DNA from: an uncultured Hyphomicrobiales bacterium
GTDB taxonomy: Bacteria; Pseudomonadota; Alphaproteobacteria; Reyranellales; JAQSWP01
DNA: 64,000 nucleotides
Assembly: GCA_964388115.1 (NCBI GenBank)
Contig: CAYLYK010000002.1
Coordinates: forward strand, 133,362-197,361
Direction of reading: 5' to 3'
Part shown: piece after piece, positions 7,916 to 18,061 of the stretch
Layout of the letters: the number at the start of each line of letters is the position of its first letter
Position numbering within the stretch: position 1 is the first letter of the stretch
Program-made: the position numbers and the translations under genes
The notes under the pieces: model-generated
Seen by the model: the letters and a program-made list of their open reading frames with translations, nothing else
What the model was told of the DNA's origin: nothing
The model's database searches: none

Positions 7916-9216
7916 TTATTCCGCGCCAGCACTGTGCCGGCGAGATAAAGCGAGCCGCAGATCAGAACGCGCATCGGTGAAGCCGCGCTGGCCAGAACTT
8001 GCCGCAGCGCCGCTTCGATCGTCTCCGCCGGCTGGCAGGGAATGCCGACAGCCCGCGCCCGTTCGGCGGCTTCCGGCGCGCTATAGGCCAGGTGCCCTTC
8101 GATCGTCACCGAGCGCGCATCCTGCGCCAGGCCGGCGAGCGGCCGCAGGAAACCTTGCGCATCCTTGCTGGTCAGCATGCCGAAGATCAGGTGCAGCGTC
8201 TTGCCGTCCTGCTCAGCCCAGCGTCGCGCCATGGCTGCCAGGGCGATGCCGCAATCCTCGTTGTGCCCGCCGTCCAGCCACAACTCGTCGCCCGGCCGCA
8301 GCAGATCGACCAGCGGCCCGTACTTGAGTTGCTGCAGGCGCGCGGGCCACTCGACCTTGCGCAAGCCGGTGGCGATGGCGGCATCGCTGACCTCGAATTG
8401 CGACAGCGTCTCCAGCACCGCGATGGCGGTGGCGGCATTGTCGATCTGATGTGCGCCAGCCAGCGCCGGCAGTGGCAAATCAATCCGGCGCGTGCCGCTC
8501 TCATAAGTGAAACCCGTATCGCCCTGCAACGCGCGCCACTCGTGGTGCATGCGATGCAGCGGCGCATTCAGGCGCCTGGCCTCGGCCTCGATCACCGCCG
8601 CGGCCGCATCGCGCTGGCGGCCGACGATCACCGGCACGTCTTGCTTGATGATGCCGGCCTTGTTGGACGCGATTTCCGCCAAGGTATCGCCCAGATACTG
8701 CGTGTGGTCGATACCGATCGGCGTGATCGCCGTCGCCGCCGGCCGGTCGATCACGTTGGTGGCATCGTGAATGCCGCCCAGCCCGACTTCCAGCAGCAGC
8801 GCCTCGGCCGGATGGCGCGAGAAGGCGAGGAAGGCTGCGGCCGTGGTGATCTCGAAATAGGTGATCGGCTTGCCGCCATTGACGCGCTCGCATTCTTCCA
8901 GCGTCGCGCTCAGTTCGTCTTCGGAAATCAGCGCGCCCGCGATCCTGATGCGCTCGTGGAAGCGCACCAGATGCGGCGAGGTATAGACATGGCAACGATG
9001 GCCGGAGGCTTCCAGCATGGCGCGCAGATAGGCAACCAAGGAACCCTTGCCGTTGGTGCCGGCGACATGGATCACCGGCGGCATCCTGCGCTCGGGATGT
9101 CCCAGCGCTGCAAGCAAGCTGGCGATGCGATCGAGCGACAGGTCGATGATGCGCGGGTGCAGGCCCAGCAGGCGCTCCAGCACCTTGTCGCTGGACGGCA
9201 TCATCGTATCGGCCAT
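7912..9216 (-). CDS. folC: Folylpolyglutamate synthase/dihydrofolate synthase
   Basis: HVAGTNGKGS, YTSPHL, EVGLGG, LDGGHN, GSLYL motifs. Confidence 0.96.
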   Translation of the reverse strand: MADTMMPSSDKVLERLLGLHPRIIDLSLDRIASLLAALGHPERRMPPVIHVAGTNGKGSLVAYLRAMLEASGHRCHVYTSPHLVRFHERIRIAGALISEDELSATLEECERVNGGKPITYFEITTAAAFLAFSRHPAEALLLEVGLGGIHDATNVIDRPAATAITPIGIDHTQYLGDTLAEIASNKAGIIKQDVPVIVGRQRDAAAAVIEAEARRLNAPLHRMHHEWRALQGDTGFTYESGTRRIDLPLPALAGAHQIDNAATAIAVLETLSQFEVSDAAIATGLRKVEWPARLQQLKYGPLVDLLRPGDELWLDGGHNEDCGIALAAMARRWAEQDGKTLHLIFGMLTSKDAQGFLRPLAGLAQDARSVTIEGHLAYSAPEAAERARAVGIPCQPAETIEAALRQVLASAASPMRVLICGSLYLAGTVLARNN

Positions 9217-9235
9217 GGGAGAAGACTGAAGAAGG

Positions 9236-10174
9236 CTATTTCACCCGCACCGCACCAGCCAGGCGGTGAGCGCCGGCATTGGCTTTGGCCGAAACGGCCG
9301 GCAGGTTCGGCGTCGGCCGCCCCTCGCCCAGCAGCGCCAGCAGGCGGATCAGCGTGTCGCGCAGCTGATGGCGGTGCACCACCATGTCGATGGCGCCGTG
9401 ATCGAGCAGGTATTCGGCGCGCTGGAACCCGTCGGGCAGCGCCTCGCGGATCGTGTCCTGGATGACGCGCTGGCCGGCGAAGCCGATCACCGCGCCCGGC
9501 TCGGCGATGGCGATATCGCCCAGCATGGCGAAGGATGCCGTCACGCCGCCGGTCGTCGGATCGGTCAGCACGACGATATAGGGCAGGCCCGCTTCCTTGA
9601 CGTCCTGCACCGCCACCGTGGTGCGCGGCATCTGCATCAGGCTCAAAATGCCTTCCTGCATGCGTGCGCCACCAGAGGCGGGAAACACGATGAACGGGCA
9701 GCGCTTCTCGACCGCGAGCCGGGCGCCCATGACGATGCCTTCGCCCACGGCGATGCCCATGGAGCCGCCCATGAAATTGAAATCGAACACCGCCGCCACG
9801 GCGGGCTTGCCGCCGAGCTTGCCCGAGGCCACCCACAGCGCATCGCTCTCGCCCTGCTTGGCCTGCGTCTCTTTCAGCCGGTCGGCATAGCGCTTGCGGT
9901 CCTTGAACTTCAGCGGGTCGACCACCGCCTTGCTGAGCGCGTGCTTCTCGAACGCGCCATCGTCGAACAGCTGCTTCAGCCGGACCTCGGGCCCGATGCG
10001 CAGATGATGATTGCAGAAGCTGCAGACCTGCAGATTGGTCTCCAGATCGCGATGGAACAGCATCTGCTCGCAATTGGGACACTTGATCCAAAGATTGTCC
10101 GGCGCGGCCGGTTTCTTCTCGCCGCCGACCAGCGCCTTGATCTTGGGACGAACGAAATTAGTGAGCCAATTCAT
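9236..10174 (-). CDS. accD: Acetyl-CoA carboxylase carboxyltransferase beta subunit
   Basis: Zn ribbon CPNC...[27 protein letters not shown]. Confidence 0.97.
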   Translation of the reverse strand: MNWLTNFVRPKIKALVGGEKKPAAPDNLWIKCPNCEQMLFHRDLETNLQVCSFCNHHLRIGPEVRLKQLFDDGAFEKHALSKAVVDPLKFKDRKRYADRLKETQAKQGESDALWVASGKLGGKPAVAAVFDFNFMGGSMGIAVGEGIVMGARLAVEKRCPFIVFPASGGARMQEGILSLMQMPRTTVAVQDVKEAGLPYIVVLTDPTTGGVTASFAMLGDIAIAEPGAVIGFAGQRVIQDTIREALPDGFQRAEYLLDHGAIDMVVHRHQLRDTLIRLLALLGEGRPTPNLPAVSAKANAGAHRLAGAVRVK

Positions 10175-10198
10175 GGGCTTATCCTAGCAACTGGGCGG

Positions 10199-10278
10199 CG
10201 GCCGCAAAGGCATTTGTCTGCGTTCTACTCCCTGCCACGGACGGGAGCAACCGTGCTATTGAACCGGCCGCAAAGGCA
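10199..10278. repeat. 14-bp direct repeat CGGCCGCAAAGGCA x2 in accD/HAD divergent spacer
   Basis: Exact copies at 10199-10212 and 10265-10278. Confidence 0.85.
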
Positions 10279-10284
10279 GGCAGC

Positions 10285-10764
10285 ATGAGTTTTTCCATTC
10301 TCGACCGGCACGACGCGATCGGCTGGGATTTCGACGGCACCCTGATCCGCCATACGCGGTCGGAGGCGATGCACGCCTATATCCTGGCCAACCCGCACAA
10401 GAAGCACGTCATCGTCACCTTCCGTACCTTCGGCTGGCAGGATCGCGTCTGGCAGCATCTGGCGGAAATCTATCCGCAGGCGCCGGCGCGGGCGCTGTTC
10501 CAGGGCGTCGTCGGCATCGAGCAGGAGAAATTCTTCGCCGTCGAGTCGGAGGATGATCCGCGCATTGCGCTGCATCGCCAGCACGATGCCCTGCGCACCA
10601 TCGACGGCAAGATCTACATCACCGAGATCGAGCCTTACGTTCACTGGAAGGGCGAGGCCTGCAAACAGCACGGCCTGTCGGTGCTGGTCGACGATATGCG
10701 CGATCTGGTGCTGCCCGGCTGCCGCAAGCACGGCATCGACTACATCCATCCCGACGAATTGTAG
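10285..10764 (+). CDS. Small HAD-superfamily hydrolase-like protein
   Basis: GWDFDGTL (motif I), VTFRT (II), K (III), LVDD (IV). Confidence 0.65.
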   Translation: MSFSILDRHDAIGWDFDGTLIRHTRSEAMHAYILANPHKKHVIVTFRTFGWQDRVWQHLAEIYPQAPARALFQGVVGIEQEKFFAVESEDDPRIALHRQHDALRTIDGKIYITEIEPYVHWKGEACKQHGLSVLVDDMRDLVLPGCRKHGIDYIHPDEL

Positions 10765-10767
10765 CGA

Positions 10768-11607
10768 CTACTCCGCCGCGCGTTTGGCGCCCCTGACGCC
10801 AGCCGACAATTCGCGCACGTAAGCCAGCACTCCCTCGACCAGGCCCGGCGTCGGCTTGCCGCTGGCGTCCAGCCCGTCGCGCACCTTGTCGACGATGGCC
10901 GAGCCGACTACGGCGGCATCGGCGATGGTCGACACGGCGGCAGCCTGTTGCGGCGTGCGGATGCCGAAGCCGACGCCGATCGGCAACTGGGTGTGGGCGC
11001 GCAAATGCTTCACGGCCGCGCGCACGGCGTCATCGGTGGCCGAACGCGTGCCGGTGACGCCCAGGATCGAGACGTAATAGAGAAAGCCGGAGGCGTATTC
11101 GAGCACGGCCGGCAGACGCGCAACGTCCGTCGTTGGCGCCGTCAGCATCACCGTGTCGATGTCGCAACGCGTGGCGTAAGGCTTCAGCTCGTCGGCCTCT
11201 TCCGGCGGCAGGTCGACCACGATCAACCCGTCGACACCGGCGGCCGCCGCCTGCTTGCAGAATTCTTCCGCGCCGCGCTGGTAGATCAGATTGTAGTAGC
11301 CCATCAGCAGGATCGGCGTTGCATCGTCGCCGCTCTCGTCGCGATAGCGCCGCACCAGGCCCAACGTCGCATCGACCGTGATGCCCGCTTTCAGCGCGCG
11401 CTGGCCCGAAGCCTGGATCGATGGGCCATCGGCCATCGGATCGGAGAACGGCATGCCAAGCTCGATCAGATCGGCGCCGGCTGACGGCAGACCTTTCAGG
11501 ATCTGATAGGAGGTTTCGAGATCGGGATCGCCTGCGGTGGTGAACGTCACCAGCCCGCCACGGCCCTGGCGCTTCAGCTCTGCAAAACGCTGCGCAATGC
11601 GGCTCAC
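10768..11607 (-). CDS. trpA: Tryptophan synthase alpha chain
   Basis: [25 protein letters not shown]; GTG start overlapping trpB stop (GTGA). Confidence 0.96.
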   Translation of the reverse strand: MSRIAQRFAELKRQGRGGLVTFTTAGDPDLETSYQILKGLPSAGADLIELGMPFSDPMADGPSIQASGQRALKAGITVDATLGLVRRYRDESGDDATPILLMGYYNLIYQRGAEEFCKQAAAAGVDGLIVVDLPPEEADELKPYATRCDIDTVMLTAPTTDVARLPAVLEYASGFLYYVSILGVTGTRSATDDAVRAAVKHLRAHTQLPIGVGFGIRTPQQAAAVSTIADAAVVGSAIVDKVRDGLDASGKPTPGLVEGVLAYVRELSAGVRGAKRAAE

Positions 11608-12815
11608 AGCTTCACTCCCAGGCGCTCGGCGATGGCGAACACGTCCTTGTCGCCGCGGCCGCACAGATTCATCACCAGCAGATTGTCCTTGGGCAGGGTC
11701 GGCCCCAGTTTCAGCACATGCGCCAGCGCATGCGCGGGCTCCAGCGCCGGAATGATGCCTTCGATCTTGCACAGAAGCTGGAAGGCCTCGAGGGCCTCAT
11801 TGTCGGTGGCGGAGACGTATTCGACGCGGCCGGATTCCTTGAGCCACGCATGCTCCGGCCCGATGCCCGGATAGTCGAGCCCGGCCGAGATCGAATGAGC
11901 GTCGATGATCTGCCCGTCCTTGTTCTGCAACAGATAGGTGCGATTGCCGTGCAGCACGCCAGGACGCCCGCCGGTCAGCGAGGCGGCATGCTCGCCCGTT
12001 TCGATGCCGTGGCCGGCTGCTTCGACGCCGATGATGCGCACGGTCTTGTCGTCAAGGAAGGGATGGAACAGGCCGATGGCGTTCGACCCGCCGCCGATGC
12101 AGGCCACCAGCGTATCGGGCAGGCGACCTTCCGCCTTCTCCATCTGCACGCGCGTCTCCTTGCCGATCACCGACTGGAAGTCGCGCACCATGGCGGGATA
12201 GGGATGCGGGCCGGCCGCCGTGCCGATGACGTAGAACGTGGTCTCGACTGTAGCGACCCAGTCGCGCAGCGCCTCGTTCATCGCGTCCTTCAAGGTGGCA
12301 CTGCCGGCGGTCACGGCGCGCACTTCGGCGCCCAGCAGCTTCATGCGGAAGACGTTGGGCTGCTGGCGGGCGACGTCGGTCGCGCCCATGAACACGGTGC
12401 AGGGAATGTCGAACAGCGCGCAGGCCGTTGCCGTCGCCACGCCATGCTGGCCGGCGCCGGTTTCGGCGATGATGCGCCGCTTGCCCATGCGCTTGGCCAG
12501 CAGCACCTGGCCCAGCACGTTGTTGATCTTGTGCGAGCCGGTATGGTTGAGCTCGTCGCGCTTGAAGTAGATTTTCGCCCCGCCCAGCTTCTGTGTCAGG
12601 CGCTCGGCGAAATAGAGCGGGCTGGGCCTGCCGGCATAGTGCTCGAGCAGATAGTCGAGCTCGCTCTGGAAGGCGGGATCCTTCTTTGCCGTCTCATAGG
12701 CCTTCTCGAGATCGAGAATGAGCGGCATCAGCGTTTCGGCCACATAGCGGCCGCCGAAGGAGCCGAAATGGCCGCGCTCGTCGGGGCCGTCGCGATAGGT
12801 ATTGGGAAGGGACAT
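11604..12815 (-). CDS. trpB: Tryptophan synthase beta chain
   Basis: [14 protein letters not shown] lysine, [16 protein letters not shown]; ATG 12815 (alternative TTG 12824). Confidence 0.97.
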   Translation of the reverse strand: MSLPNTYRDGPDERGHFGSFGGRYVAETLMPLILDLEKAYETAKKDPAFQSELDYLLEHYAGRPSPLYFAERLTQKLGGAKIYFKRDELNHTGSHKINNVLGQVLLAKRMGKRRIIAETGAGQHGVATATACALFDIPCTVFMGATDVARQQPNVFRMKLLGAEVRAVTAGSATLKDAMNEALRDWVATVETTFYVIGTAAGPHPYPAMVRDFQSVIGKETRVQMEKAEGRLPDTLVACIGGGSNAIGLFHPFLDDKTVRIIGVEAAGHGIETGEHAASLTGGRPGVLHGNRTYLLQNKDGQIIDAHSISAGLDYPGIGPEHAWLKESGRVEYVSATDNEALEAFQLLCKIEGIIPALEPAHALAHVLKLGPTLPKDNLLVMNLCGRGDKDVFAIAERLGVKL

Positions 12816-12841
12816 TGGGCTCAAATCTCTGGTGAACCGGG

Positions 12842-12870
12842 TGCGTAGCAGACGGCAAAAACCCTGTCAA
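12842..12870 (-). promoter_or_regulatory. Putative sigma70 promoter for trpBA
   Basis: Minus strand TTGACA(12870-12865)-N17-TACGCA(12847-12842). Confidence 0.6.
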
Positions 12871-12921
12871 AGCAGGTGGAAATGGGCCCAAAAACGGCAC
12901 CTCGTGATACCCTTGGCCCTG

Positions 12922-13317
12922 ATGGACGACCAGGCTGAAGACTGGAGGAGGCTGGAAACATTCTCCTTCGGCGACAATCCCGAACTGGCGCAGGAACTGG
13001 CCGACCTGGTCGTCGCTGGGCTGAAGCGCGCAACCTGCTGGTCGGTGAGCGACGGCGAACTAACCCATGTCGGAAAGCGCATGGTCGTGCTCGATGGCAA
13101 AGGCCGGCCGGTGGCCGTGATCGAAACCGTGGAGTTGACGCAGCGACGGTTCGACCATGTGGACGCGGCATTCGCCTATGACGAGGGCGAAGGCGATCGC
13201 ACACTGGCCTATTGGCGTGAGGCGCATCGCAATTACTTCACGCGACTCAAGAGTTTCGCGCCCGACATGCTGCTGTGGTGCGAACGCTTCCGCGTCGTCG
13301 AGCTAATTGCGTCCTAA
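12922..13317 (+). CDS. ASCH domain protein
   Basis: FSFGD...LADLVVAGLKRATC, EGEGDRTLAYWREAH, ERF motifs. Confidence 0.9.
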   Translation: MDDQAEDWRRLETFSFGDNPELAQELADLVVAGLKRATCWSVSDGELTHVGKRMVVLDGKGRPVAVIETVELTQRRFDHVDAAFAYDEGEGDRTLAYWREAHRNYFTRLKSFAPDMLLWCERFRVVELIAS

Positions 13318-13961
13318 AGCGCCTTGGCGACGGAAAGGAAGCGGGCGATTTTCTGCGGATCCTTCACCCCGCGCGAGGCCTCGACGCCCGACGAAACATC
13401 GACGCAGACCGCGCCCGTCGCCGTTACCGCCTGCGCCAGGTTCTCCGGCGTCAACCCGCCCGACAGCATCCACGGCAGCGGCCATTCCTTCTGCGCCAGC
13501 AAGCTCCAGTCGAAAGCCAGCCCGTTGCCACCGGGCAGCGCACCCGCCATGTCGGCCGGCGCCTGGGCATCGAACAGCAGGCGGTCGGAGACGGCGACGA
13601 AATCGGCGGCGCGCGCAATATCGTCCGGACCGGCGACACGCACGGCCTTCATCACCGGAACGCCGAACGTGTTCTTGATGTCGGCAATGCGCTGCGGCGT
13701 CTCGGCGCCGTGCAACTGCAGAAGATCGAGCGGCACGACATCCAACACTCGCTGCAGCGTCTCGTCGTCGGCATCGACAAACAGCCCGACCTTGGCGATG
13801 TGTTCTGGTACGCCGGCGATCAATGATGCCGCTTGCTCGGGCGTTACGTTGCGTGGACTGGGCGGGTAGAAGACCAGCCCGACATAGGCGGCGCGACCGG
13901 CAATCGCCGCCGCCATCGCGTCGGGCGATTTGATGCCGCAGATTTTCGCCAGCACCGCCAT
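13314..13961 (-). CDS. trpF: Phosphoribosylanthranilate isomerase
   Basis: KICGI, SPRNV, QLHG, LSGGL, DVSSGVE. Confidence 0.96.
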   Translation of the reverse strand: MAVLAKICGIKSPDAMAAAIAGRAAYVGLVFYPPSPRNVTPEQAASLIAGVPEHIAKVGLFVDADDETLQRVLDVVPLDLLQLHGAETPQRIADIKNTFGVPVMKAVRVAGPDDIARAADFVAVSDRLLFDAQAPADMAGALPGGNGLAFDWSLLAQKEWPLPWMLSGGLTPENLAQAVTATGAVCVDVSSGVEASRGVKDPQKIARFLSVAKAL

Positions 13962-13964
13962 GGC

Positions 13965-14711
13965 TCAGCCGACAGCGCGGCGCGGCGCCTTGCCGTGGGT
14001 GGCGGCAATTTCCTGCGCAATGGCTTCGGCGGCGCTGCGAGGCGAAGAGGCCTCCGTGATCGGCCGGCCGATCACCAGATAATCGGCGCCCTTGGCCACC
14101 GCTTCGCCGGGCGTCATCACGCGCTTCTGGTCGCCCACGGCCGAGCCGGCGGGTCGAATGCCGGGCACCACCAGCAGGAAGTCGCGGCCGCAATCGGCGC
14201 GCAGATCCTCGATTTCCAGCGGCGAGCAGATGACGCCATCCATGCCGCTGTCTTTCGCCAGCGCCGCCAGGCGGCGCACCTGCTGCAACGGCGCATGCGC
14301 GATGCCAACGGCGTCGAGATCGCTCTGGTCGAGGCTTGTCAGCACCGTGACGGCCAGCAGTTTCGGCCGGCGCACATTCAACTGCGCTGCCGCCTCTTCG
14401 GCCGCCTTGCGCGCCGCCCGCATCATCGCCGGGCCGCCGCTCGAGTGAATGGTCAGCAAAGTCGGCGACAGCGGCGCAACGGCGCGCACAGCACCTGCAA
14501 CGGTGTTGGGAATGTCGTGCAGCTTGAGATCGAGGAACAGCGGCGTGTCGCGGCCCACCAGGCGGCGCACCAGATCCGGCCCATGGGCGGTGAAGAACTC
14601 CAGCCCCAGCTTGATGCCGCCGACCGCGCCCCGCACGCCGTCGATCAGCCGGGCGGAAAGGCCGATATCGACCGTGTCGATGGCGCAATAGATTTTGTCG
14701 GCTCCGTCCAT
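13965..14711 (-). CDS. pyrF: Orotidine 5'-phosphate decarboxylase
   Basis: FLDLKLHDIPNTV, VTVLTS, VPGIRP, DQKRVMTP. Confidence 0.96.
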   Translation of the reverse strand: MDGADKIYCAIDTVDIGLSARLIDGVRGAVGGIKLGLEFFTAHGPDLVRRLVGRDTPLFLDLKLHDIPNTVAGAVRAVAPLSPTLLTIHSSGGPAMMRAARKAAEEAAAQLNVRRPKLLAVTVLTSLDQSDLDAVGIAHAPLQQVRRLAALAKDSGMDGVICSPLEIEDLRADCGRDFLLVVPGIRPAGSAVGDQKRVMTPGEAVAKGADYLVIGRPITEASSPRSAAEAIAQEIAATHGKAPRRAVG

Positions 14712-14782
14712 GGCTGCACCCCGCTTCCAAAACCCGCGCCGGTATAAAGGCAGGCGGCCCGGCGGGCAAGCCGGACGATGAA

Positions 14783-15940
14783 TTACCGCGGAATCGGGCT
14801 AGGAACCCCGGTTTCGCCGCCCACCCAGAAGCGGAAGGCATCGGCCGACAATCGCCCGCCGAGCATGGCGGCGAAGCCCTGGCCGATGGCGCTGGCGAAC
14901 TTGAAGCCGTGGCCCGAGCAGCAGGACAGCGCCCAGCCGGCCGTGCCCACGGCGCTGGCGATGAAATGCTCGCGCGGCTCGACGGTGTAGAAGCAGGTTT
15001 TCAGGTCAGCGACACGAAAGCGCTCGAATCCACGCAGGCGGCCGGCACATTGCGCCAGGATCGTTGCCGCCTCTTCGCGCGCCGCCTGCCGATCGAGGTC
15101 GGGATTGCCGCTCAAGGTGAAGGAATGGTCGCCGATCTTCAGCCCCGTTGAACCGCCACGACGACCCGGCAGATCGGGCGCCATCACCGGCGGCACCAGA
15201 TAGAAGCCCGTGCCGTCGCCGATATCGAGCAGCATGGGATGCGCGGCCCAGGCCCCCTTCATCTCCTCGGGCGGTTCGAGATAAACCACGACCTGGCGCG
15301 ACGGCGTGACTTTCGGCGCCAACGCCGGAACCAGTCGCGACATCCACGGCCCGGCGCAGACCAGGACCAAATCGCCGGTTTCGACCGTACCGTTTTCCAG
15401 CTTCACCGATCCGGCTTCGGTATCGATCGACATGACGCGCGCGTTCTCCTGCACCGTCGCGCCCTTCTCGCGCAACCAGCGGGCCAATGTCGTCGTGATG
15501 CGATCGGCCAGCAGCGCACCGCCGGTCGGCAGATAGAAAGCCTGCTCGACGCCAGCCGGATCGATCAGCGGAAAGCGCCGCGCCAGCGTCGCGCGATCGA
15601 GCGCTTCGACCTCATAGCCATGTTCCTGCAGCAAGGCCTGGGATTGCGCGCACCACTGCGTGCCCTCCTGCCCCAGCGCCAGGGTGCCGGTTTCGATTTG
15701 CAGCCGCACCCCGAGATCGCGCCACATCGCGTCCCACACAACATACGCGTCGTCGACCATGCGCATGTAGCCGGGCGCCTCACCATAGGCGTAGCGGATC
15801 AGCCGGTGCTGATCACCCGAGGAACCGAGCGGATTGCCGACGGTTGCCTGCTCGAAGACGCTCACGCGGTGGCCGGCGCGGGTCAGCGCCCAGGCCGCGC
15901 ACAAGCCATAGATGCCGCCGCCAACGATTAGAATTCGCAT
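14783..15940 (-). CDS. FAD-dependent oxidoreductase, sarcosine oxidase/SolA-like
   Basis: IVGGGIYG, GSSGD..RLIRYAY, CFYT, SGHGFKFASAIG. Confidence 0.85.
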   Translation of the reverse strand: MRILIVGGGIYGLCAAWALTRAGHRVSVFEQATVGNPLGSSGDQHRLIRYAYGEAPGYMRMVDDAYVVWDAMWRDLGVRLQIETGTLALGQEGTQWCAQSQALLQEHGYEVEALDRATLARRFPLIDPAGVEQAFYLPTGGALLADRITTTLARWLREKGATVQENARVMSIDTEAGSVKLENGTVETGDLVLVCAGPWMSRLVPALAPKVTPSRQVVVYLEPPEEMKGAWAAHPMLLDIGDGTGFYLVPPVMAPDLPGRRGGSTGLKIGDHSFTLSGNPDLDRQAAREEAATILAQCAGRLRGFERFRVADLKTCFYTVEPREHFIASAVGTAGWALSCCSGHGFKFASAIGQGFAAMLGGRLSADAFRFWVGGETGVPSPIPR

Positions 15941-16042
15941 CGGTCGATGCTATACGAAGGCGGAGGCGACGGGCGAGAGCCAAAGCGCAGGCGACAAACG
16001 CGCCGGGGGACGGCAAGATGGGTTGAGGTGGGAGGCCTCAGC

Positions 16043-16651
16043 ATGAAACCTTCGTTCTCCATCTTCGGTCTGGGCAGCGTGCTTGCACTGGCCCTCGTCT
16101 CGGCAGCGGCAGCGCAGAACGTCGGACGGCTGACAACCAAATCCTTCCAGCCGATCGGCAAGCAGAAGCTGCAGGTCGATCTGACGCAGGTCGATGCCGG
16201 CGAGCTTTATCGCGATCTGCGCGACCATTTGAAGAATGTACTGGAACGACAGGGTAACCCCGTCGGCAGTTCGGGAACCCTTGGCATCAAGATCGAGGTC
16301 AACTATTCGCGGCCGATCGAGCCGCCGCCGATCGCGCCCGATCGCGGCCTGCCGTCGGAACGCCAGACTCCGGGCCTGGGCCAAAGCAGCCCCATTCCGC
16401 AGGATCGCACCATCGGGCCGGAGCGGCGCACGCCGCTGCCTCCTACCGCTACGACGGAAAGCGAGCGGTTAAACCCGCTGCGCATCAACCTGACGGTTTA
16501 TCGGGAGGGCAGCGGCAACGTGGTGTGGACCGCAGAATCGAGCTGCCCGGTGGCCTTCGTCAATGCCAAGGATGTCGGCCGGCGCATGATCGACCAGATG
16601 GTGGCGCGGCTCGATGCGTCAGTGTCGCTGGCCGCCGAATGCGGCATCTGA
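16043..16651 (+). CDS. Secreted hypothetical protein (possibly DUF4136-like)
   Basis: GGAGG RBS, signal peptide ending AAA, Pro-rich middle, C-terminal VVWTAES. Confidence 0.6.
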   Translation: MKPSFSIFGLGSVLALALVSAAAAQNVGRLTTKSFQPIGKQKLQVDLTQVDAGELYRDLRDHLKNVLERQGNPVGSSGTLGIKIEVNYSRPIEPPPIAPDRGLPSERQTPGLGQSSPIPQDRTIGPERRTPLPPTATTESERLNPLRINLTVYREGSGNVVWTAESSCPVAFVNAKDVGRRMIDQMVARLDASVSLAAECGI

Positions 16652-17599
16652 TCAGGGCGACGCAGCCACCAGTTCCGCAGCAGCCAAGTCTTCCAGCGCC
16701 GTACCGACCGATTTGAACAGCGTGATGTCGCCGGCGGCCTGACGGCCGCGCTTCTCCTCGCGGCACAATTCGAACAGGTCGGCGACGATGCGTTCGGGCT
16801 GCAGTGTGCCGTTGTTCAGCGGCTGCACGATATCGCCCGCTTCCTTCGATGCCCCCTGCCGCGTATCGACGAATACGCGGCTGCGTGCCACGGCCTCATC
16901 GTCTGCCTCGCGCATGGCGGGCGTGAAACCGCCGACCAGGTCCAGATGCTGGCCTTTCTTCAGCCAGGCCCCCTGCACCAGCGGCTGTTGCGCCAGGGTT
17001 GCGCAAGAGATGATGTCGGCAGCGCCTATGGTGCGTTCGATGTCGGAAGCGGCATGGGCGGCGATCTTCAGATGCTTCATGTCGCCGCTGTTGAAACGGG
17101 CCGCCAATGCCTCGGCCTTGGCTGGCGTGCGACCCCAAATTGCCACCTCGCGGATAGGCCGCACAGTGGCATGGGCACGGATCAGATGCGGCGCCAGCGC
17201 CCCGGTGCCGACCATCAGCATTCGGAAACTGTCGGGCCGCGACAGGAAGCGCGACGCCAGCGCCGAGGCTGCGGCGGTGCGCCGGCGCGTCAGCGCGGTG
17301 CCGTCCATCAGCGCCAGCGGCTCGCCCGTCTGCGCCGAAAGCAGCAGATACTGCCCGATCACCGCCGGCAAATCGCGCGCGCCGTTGTCGGGAAACACGG
17401 TGACGATCTTGATGCCCAGATGCCGCTGGTTGCGCCAGGCCGGCATCAGCAGCAGCGTCGCCGGCGCGCCGCCGGTCTCGATCGTGTGATGGTGCCGCAG
17501 AGGCACTTCGCAGCCTTCCCGGAACAGTGCCGCGATGGCGTCGATCAGCTTGCCGTCGTCGAGCAGGCGCTCGACGGCAGAGGCGTCGAACTGGCGCAT
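16652..17599 (-). CDS. Ornithine cyclodeaminase/mu-crystallin family protein
   Basis: LTRRRTAAAS, GTGALA, FKSVGTALEDLAAA. Confidence 0.92.
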   Translation of the reverse strand: MRQFDASAVERLLDDGKLIDAIAALFREGCEVPLRHHHTIETGGAPATLLLMPAWRNQRHLGIKIVTVFPDNGARDLPAVIGQYLLLSAQTGEPLALMDGTALTRRRTAAASALASRFLSRPDSFRMLMVGTGALAPHLIRAHATVRPIREVAIWGRTPAKAEALAARFNSGDMKHLKIAAHAASDIERTIGAADIISCATLAQQPLVQGAWLKKGQHLDLVGGFTPAMREADDEAVARSRVFVDTRQGASKEAGDIVQPLNNGTLQPERIVADLFELCREEKRGRQAAGDITLFKSVGTALEDLAAAELVAASP

Positions 17600-17603
17600 C
17601 GCT

Positions 17604-17936
17604 TCAGCGCGGCTGGGTGGACTGATTGGGCGCCGGCAGCGACGCGGTAGCAGGCGGCGCCGCTTTCATTTGCGCCACTTGCCGGCGCAGTTGATCGGCG
17701 CTGCGGGTTTGCTGGCGGGCCGTGGCGCGATAGCGGTGCCCGCCCAGCCAGACGATCAAACCGCCCGCGACAAGCCCGACCAGAAGCACGAGCAGCAGGA
17801 TCATGAACAGCGGCAGGGTGACATCCCAGGGCAGCGGCCAAAGCGAAATAACGGTCTTTTCACGATTGGCGACGGCAAAAACGCCGCCGATCAGCGCCAG
17901 CGGCACCCAGACCAGTCTTGCCAGCCATTTCCTCAT
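17604..17936 (-). CDS. Lipopolysaccharide assembly protein LapA-domain membrane protein
   Basis: Two TM segments around FAVANRE...LWPLPW; follows ihfB as is typical. Confidence 0.75.
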   Translation of the reverse strand: MRKWLARLVWVPLALIGGVFAVANREKTVISLWPLPWDVTLPLFMILLLVLLVGLVAGGLIVWLGGHRYRATARQQTRSADQLRRQVAQMKAAPPATASLPAPNQSTQPR

Positions 17937-18061
17937 CGACGCGTCCAATCCGGTTGCCAGCGCGCGATGCCGCCCGAGGGCTGCGCTGCCAGGGAGTTAA
18001 GGGATTTAAAGATAGCCGCCGGCAGGGCCGGCGCACAAAGACGAAACGTCGCCCGAGCAGC

